DNA of 64,000 nt from NCBI RefSeq assembly GCF_009914755.1, contig NC_060937.1; one strand, written 5' to 3'. This document shows, in pieces, positions 56,821 through 64,000 of the stretch. This DNA is from the human T2T-CHM13v2.0 reference genome, Homo sapiens. How positions within the stretch are numbered: the stretch's first letter is position 1; each line of letters opens with the position of its first letter. The translations under genes and the position numbers were made by a program. The notes under the pieces were generated by a model. That model had not been told where the DNA came from, did no database searches, and saw nothing but the letters and a program-made list of their open reading frames with translations.

Positions 56821-57385
56821 AAAGTTTGAAGAAAAATAAATTGAGGAACAGGAGGCAGTGAGACCAAAGTAGAAACCACACTCCAACAAAACACACAGCA
56901 GAACAGTATGTGCTAATGTTGCGAAGATAGCAAAGCAAAATAAATTGAGGTCTTGCAGGCTTTGCTGTAGGGACACTGGTGTGTTAGGCCATTAAACTCC
57001 TCGACTCTCAGCTCTCTTGGTTATGGACAGGGCAACAAGAAGAAAGAACCAGAGAACAGAGCACTCTTCTGTGGACAGCGGCCCATGCCATCACAAGACC
57101 CCTGCTGAGAAGGGAAGGAGCCTGTTGCAGGCCCGAGAGCCTCTTGCATCCCTGCGGGTGGGAGGGCTGGGGGAGCCCATGGCCTCAGTAGCCAAGCTGG
57201 CTGGGTAGGATCATGTGCCCGATCAGGTGGTAGGGAACAGAGATTTGAAGCCCATACTTTCAATGTTAGAACAAATTTGCTTTTTGGTGATTTTGTTGCT
57301 GTTTCCTAGCAAGAATCTTGGTGCTTCCAGTAGGCATTTTCTTGGCTAAACTGTGAACAGCAGAAAATGGCTTTTAATTCAGCTA

Positions 57386-57690
57386 TTTTTTTTTTGTTTT
57401 TTGTTTTTTTGAGATGGGTCTTGCTCTGTCACCCAGACTGGAGTGTGGTAGCACCATCATAGCTCACTGCAGCCTCAATTTCCCAGGCTCAAGCGATCCT
57501 CCTGCCGCAACCTCCTGAGTAGCTGGGACTATAGGCACATGCCACCATGCCCGGCTGTATTTTTAGTTTTTGTAGACACGGTTTCTCACTATGTTGCCCA
57601 GGCTGATCTCGAACTCCTGGGCTCAAGGGGTTCTCCTGCCTTGGCCTCCCAAAATGTTGGGATTACAGGTGTAAGCCACTGTGCCCAGCT
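57386..57690 (-). mobile_element. AluJ, full length
   Basis: J diagnostics 'catcatagctcactgcagcctc', 'actcctgggctcaag'; flanking repeat 'aattcag'. Confidence 0.95.
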
Positions 57691-58409
57691 AATTCAGTCA
57701 CTGAATTAGAAGAAAGTTCCCAATGAGGCTCATTGCTGTGTCTACTGTGAGATTACTGGTGGGGACAGTGCCCATCATCCTGCAGAGAAAACAATTTCCC
57801 TAGGTAGAATTTTTTCCCCTTGGTCTTAATATCAGTAAGAGTGGATTGGTTTTATCGTGGACTCTGTGAATCATGTATTAATAACTGGGCAGGGTTCCCA
57901 TTTCATATTGGAACTGAAGGATTTGAGGCTAATTTAGGTCCTATGTTAGCAAGTACACAGAACTTTAAAACAAATGTTTTTATATTAGCCACATTTCTAA
58001 CTTCTGTTTTTCTCTATTAATCATCAAAATACATTTTCTTTTATTTTGTTGTGTTTTTGGAATCTTCTTAAGTTGCCTAGGCTCCCTTTGGAAACAGGAC
58101 AGGATATGAGTGCACATGTGTAGGTGTCCATGCAAACGTGTCAATGTTCAGAGGAGGTGCGTGGGGCTGAGTGAGGCTGATCCCAGGGTCCAACCTCCCC
58201 TTGCTAGTGTTTCTCCTAAACTGCCTTCTACAGGAGGCCGAGGCATTTCCACTTCACTTCCAGCCCCTCAGAGGAAGTCATCAAGTTGATGACCAAGTGA
58301 GACAGTCACATCCCATAGCGTCACAGCATTGGATTTGGAGGCCACTGTGGCGGGGGTTGGGGTGTGCTGGAATCACAGAGTGGGTACAAGGGGCATTTTT
58401 CTTTGCTGT

Positions 58410-58890
58410 CACTGACCTGTTTTGAATCTGGGCTCTGCCACCTCCCATGAGTGTGCCCTTGGAGAAGTTCTTCAACCTCTACTAATTGCAGCATCCTACC
58501 TCTAAAAGAGACAATAGGCCAGGTACAGTGACTCATGCCTGTAATTCCAGCATTTTAGGAGGCAGAGGCAGGAGGATAGCTTGAGCCCAGGAGTTCAAGA
58601 CCAGCCTGGGCAACATGGCAAAACCTCATCTCTACCAAAAAACACAAAAAATTAGCCAGGTATGGTAATGCACACCTGTAGTCCCAGCTACTTGGGAAGC
58701 TGAGGCAGGAGGATCACCTGAGCCCGAGAGGTGAGGCTAAGCAGGCACCACTACACTCCTGCTTAGGTGACCCTGTCTCAAAAAAAGAAAAGGAAAGAAA
58801 CAATAACAGTGCCCTACCTCATAGGGTTGAGATAAATGAGATCATATCTATAAAATACCCACCCAGTGTCTGGTTCATAGAAAATTATAT
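58410..58890 (+). mobile_element. MIR interrupted by an AluJ
   Basis: 'gacctgttttgaatctgggctctgccacct...gtgtgcccttggagaagttcttcaacctct' then 'ataacagtgccctacctcatagggttg...aaatgagatcata...cagtgtctgg'. Confidence 0.8.
58517..58800 (+). mobile_element. AluJ with small right-arm deletions
   Basis: 'ggaggatagcttgagcccaggagttcaagaccagcctgggcaacatggcaaaacc'; flanking repeat 'acaata'. Confidence 0.93.
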
Positions 58891-58957
58891 ATATATATCA
58901 TATATATAAACTTTTTTATATATATAAACATTATCATTATCACGCCATTACAGATAA

Positions 58958-59312
<355 letters not shown>

Positions 59313-60289
59313 GGCAGCAACTTCATTTTATATTTGTATGTGTATACACACGGGCACACACACACGTAGAACATCTGCTAAGCTGTCCATTACAACAGGA
59401 AGACCCACCCCGGGTCTCGAACTCCTGATCTCAAGTGATTCACCCGCCTTAGCCTCCCAAAGTGCTGGGATTATAGGTGTGAGCCACCGCACCTGGCAGG
59501 GAGCAACTTCATTTTATATATGTATGTGTGTACACACGGGCACACACACACGTAGAACATCTGCTAAGCTGTTCATTACAACAGGAAGACCCACCCCTGT
59601 CCTCAAGTGTCTCCCAGTCGTGGAAATATCTATGGAACAGGAGCATTACTATGGAACTATGAACAAAATAGTAAAGGCAGCCAGTCTGGGTGACCAGTGC
59701 CAGCGCAAGGAGCTGCGGCAGAAATAGAGCAAGACCTTGCTTCTTCTTTCAGATAAAAATTTTAAAATGTAGCCACTGATATATCTTTGGGACTTGTAAA
59801 AAGAAAACAGGCTAAGTGGACTCTCCTACTCTCTGCTTCTATGCAAGGCCTGGCCCAGGTGAAACAGAACCCAGCTTCCTCCAGCAGCCTCTGCCAGTGT
59901 CCTTCGTGCTGAACCCCACAGATGGACGTGGTGTCGCAGCCACATGGAGGCCTCAAGGCAGCTGTCCTGGTTGTCCTCCTCAGTCTTCCAGGGAGGAGCC
60001 TCAGACAGAGGCATGGCTCTCTGAGGGCTCTATCGTGCACCCCTGTAGTTCTCCAAGGAGGGAAGGCAACTGAAATGCATTTTCGGTTAGCAAAGTGAGA
60101 CAGGTATGTCTTGGGATCAGGTGCCTATCTTCCAGAACTTTCTTCCTATGCATCCTGCCATGCAACCCTCCTCTCCTGTCCGTCACGTGTCCCCAATTCC
60201 TCCCATCTCTCACACTATACAATTACTGTCCAATGTTTCATCCTTGTAGGACCTCGCTCCCTCCATTCCATTAAAATAAGTTAACCAAT

Positions 60290-60572
<283 letters not shown>

Positions 60573-62721
60573 GAGTTAACCAATTTCTGACACACTCAAG
60601 AAATTCTTTCTGATGCTAAAAGTCTAAATCCTAAGTACATATTTTTTCTATTTTATGGTGATCAGAAATAGAGAACAATTTGTCATTTTCTTTCACTGAA
60701 GAGCTCTTTGACTATGGTCACACTTATTTTAACAAGATTTGTTGGTCCTTGGAGTTATTTGAAGGAAAAGTTACTACTTAACACGAGATATGATAAATGT
60801 GCTTACAAATACAGAGTGGTTTGAAGTATCTGATGAGTCTCTCTGTTTTAGACAACATTTTTACATCTCTCCTTACCCTAGGAGAAACAGTCACACACTC
60901 ATGCCATACCTAGAGGAAAACCAACAGTTTAAAAGTCATTGGAAGGAAGGTAATTAAGAGTGTTATTATGCATATGTGGTAATAAAATAATATTTGCTTT
61001 GGTGACTCATAATAACACTGGTCATTTGACCTGAAACCAGTGAAATATTATGTAATGGGGAAACAATTGATCTTAGTTTTTATGTGCACAATCTCATTGC
61101 CTGGAGTTTCTTCCTGTTAAGGTTCTTTATACCTTTTAAATAGTTTGTGTTTCATCTTCACAAATTAATAGTTAAAATAATTATTCCCATCACAAAGTTA
61201 ACCCGGCTATACTGAACAGTTCTATGCAATGTTAGCCATAATAATTAACACAAAATACAATAATATAAGAAGAAATATGTAGGCATAAGTATATTTTCTG
61301 GGATTTTTGAACTATGCTAAACTTGTAAAATTAATTTGTATTAGAATAATTTTCTTGTCTTTTCCTAGGGTGTTGTTTGAACAACTCTGTTAGATTTTAT
61401 TCTATTGAACTCAAGTTAGTTTTTACCATTATTAGAAATAACAGAATTTTGTGGTTCTAGGCCTTCATAATCATGATGTGGGAACTGAGGCTGGGTTTGC
61501 TTAAAGACTAGAAACCAGATCTTCTTCCTCTAACAATTGGTTGCATATAATTAAAACCCATAACTGTGGCTTATTAAATGTTTTTTTAAAATCTGTATCA
61601 TGAATTTGCTGGGGAATGCTAGTTGATATTCTGAAAGGTCAAAGTAATATACTTAGCAACAATTTGAGAAAAGACACACTGCTTCTGCTTTCTAATGTGT
61701 GTATGTGAGAATACTATTGCAATACAATTTTGAGTGACTTTACTATAACTGGTAGCTAATAACTGATCAGAACTAACTTTTACAGACTGATACTTATTTT
61801 CCATATTTAAAAAAATATGATTTACTTAAATGTTGATTATGACCTCAGGTTTCAGCCCCGAGGTTGGTTGTCCAAAACACTGATGTCAGATATGGAATAC
61901 TTTCACTTGGCCAGCCACCACTTACTGAGTGGGCAGACAGAACAAATTGTTCTAGAAACTGGCTAAGTGTGATGGACCACATTTCTGCAGTCAAAGGAAA
62001 AGGAAAAGTTAGGTAATTTTTCCAAGCAATTTAAGCAAAAGCGATTTGGATCAGGCAGAAAGAGGGCACGAGAGAGAAAAGCGGAGTGCTGAGAGAAGGT
62101 AAAGTAATCTCAGTGATTTATTCCATTCTTCATGGTGCTTTAGCTTTGGAAGCCTGGCTATTAACATGGCAAATGGGCAGCACGTTAAATATCCTTTTGG
62201 ACTCTAGGTCCGATGCGGTTTTCATCAAATTCCACAGCCTTTGGGGAAGGCCCATTCATTCAGGGGATTCAACCAATCTATTTAGTGGGCACCCTTATCA
62301 AAGCACATTCATTCTAGATTCATGAGCAGGAGATATTCAGTCAATATTTGCTCAGGATCCTTTCAGTTACACAGTGAGAACTAGATACTGGAAAATCTTT
62401 AGGCCAGGGACAGTTTATCTTGGGCCATTTTTGTAGCAGTTCTTACCATCTGCCTATTTATTAACATAGGCAACATGAAGGCAAGGACATTCTGACCTGA
62501 TGAGCATATTGATAGTGGTTGAATACCCACTAACTCAGAGTCAGGCACACAGAAGGAGCTGGACACATGTTTGTTAAAGGAAAGAATGAATGTCACACAC
62601 ATGACCCTCCTTTCTTCCTTCTCCCGTTCAGTGCTTCCAAGGCAGCAGCAAGGGGAAACGTCCTCTTTGGGACACATCTTGTGCAATGTGGCTCATACAT
62701 GTCTTTAGACTGGACACCCAA

Positions 62722-63083
62722 TGATATGGTTTGGCTCTGTCCCCACCCAAATCTCCTTGAATTGTAGCTCCCATAATTCCCACATGTCATGGGAGGGACC
62801 TGTTGGGAGGTAACTGAATCATGGGGGTGGGTTTTTCCCATACTGTTCTCATGATAGTGAATAAGTCTCATGAGATCTGATGGTTTTGTAAAGGGAAGTT
62901 CCCCTGCACGCACTCTCTTGCCTGCTGCCATGTAAGACTTGACTTTGCTCCTCCTTCACCTTCCACCATGATTGTGAGGCCTCCCCAGCCATGTGGAACT
63001 GTGAGTCCATTAAGCCTCTTTCCTTTATAAATTACCCAGTCTTGGGTATGTCTTTATTAGCAGCATGAGAACAGACTAATACA
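62722..63083 (+). mobile_element. THE1B-like MaLR solo LTR
   Basis: 'tgatatggtttggctctgtccccacccaaatctc...ccatgattgtgaggcctccccagccatgtggaactgtgagtccattaa...gcatgagaacagactaataca'; TSD cccaa / cccat. Confidence 0.93.
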
Positions 63084-63514
63084 CCCATCTTGAACCATTG
63101 CCTCAGGGCCATGAGTCTATGATGTCAACTCTTTGCTCAATCACCTGGACCCATGTTCAATTATTAATGGGTGGTAATGTATTAACTATGTTTCCCCCCT
63201 CAGTCATACCCACTCTAATGACAGTGACTTAATTCAAGGTGACATTGAGAAGCCACTCGGGGCTGGTTGCTCTCTCCACTGAGTACACTAAACCATCATT
63301 ATTCTTTTGCATGACTGCCTTTGCCATCTGAATTGAGAGCCCCTGAAGAGAAGACTACTTTTTTTATATTTTAGTCATCTGTGGAAACCTCTAACACAGC
63401 TCTTGGCCCATCAGGAAATAATCTTAAGAAACCACTTACTGAAAAATTGCAATTGTCCCTGGCACTCACATTCACTCTCAATCGAGGCTGCAGTACTCCA
63501 GGGAGATAATAGAA

Positions 63515-63655
63515 CTCTTGTTTCCAGATAAGGCAACTGAGACTCAGAGGGTTTAAGTATCTTGCCCAGGGTCAAGTAAATGCAGGAACTGGAGTTAAAA
63601 CCCATATCTGTTCAACTGCAAAGCTCCTTCTTTTTCCACTGCATGGTGCAGCCAC
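63515..63655 (-). mobile_element. MIR fragment
   Basis: 'tttccagataaggcaactgagactcagagggtttaagtatcttgcccagggtca...ggaactggagttaaaaccca'. Confidence 0.75.
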
Positions 63656-64000
63656 CCCTACATCACAGATGCCTCCTCACCAAGTGTTTTTAAGACATGT
63701 ACATTCTAGACACTTAGGGAACAAAACAGTATTACAGTGTGGTATCCTGAGAGAGCTTATATCTTGGCCATCCTGGACATGCACTATGATTGGACACCTA
63801 AGATATGAGCCTGTGCTTTCTATAATATAAGGACCTAATAAATATTAAACTGCAGAATGAAATCCTGGTTCACTATTGAAGAAAGCAGTTGTGTCAGGAA
63901 CCTGAGCATTACCAGGACTACCTGGATAAGAATGATATTTTGATAAGGCAGCTGCAGGCCATGGTTGAAGTAGACCTCAAACCCAGGATCACTGCAGGAA

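Overview
This is gene-poor, repeat-rich, non-coding genomic DNA from a catarrhine primate, most likely human; it is either intronic or intergenic. I found no protein-coding exon, RNA gene, CpG island or CRISPR array that I can support. Many ORFs in the track are translations of Alu or simple repeats and the rest resemble no host protein I recognise. The only real protein homologies are decayed LINE-1 ORF2 fragments: an L1PA at about 30.5-31.5 kb (minus strand) and an L1PB1-like element at about 47.9-51.0 kb (plus strand). The window holds about 30 Alu/FLAM/FRAM elements, old L1M and HAL1 pieces, many MIR and L2 relics, MaLR/ERVL solo LTRs (MLT1D, MSTB, MLT1B, MLT1J/K, THE1B, LTR16-like), hAT MITEs (MER30, MER58, MER5A, MER94, Charlie4z-like) and microsatellites. 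All family names come from recalled consensus sequences, not from a database search, and boundaries of old elements are approximate. I see no evidence for a new multi-gene biological system. The most interesting signals are a dense GATA-motif cluster at 6.8-7.1 kb (candidate enhancer), a 186-bp tandem duplication across an Alu end at 59.2-59.6 kb, an AluYd-type 12-bp-deletion Alu, TE-poor motif-rich blocks at 40.4-41.2 kb and 52.2-53.3 kb, closely spaced inverted Alus, and a nested TE stack at 46.5-51.8 kb.
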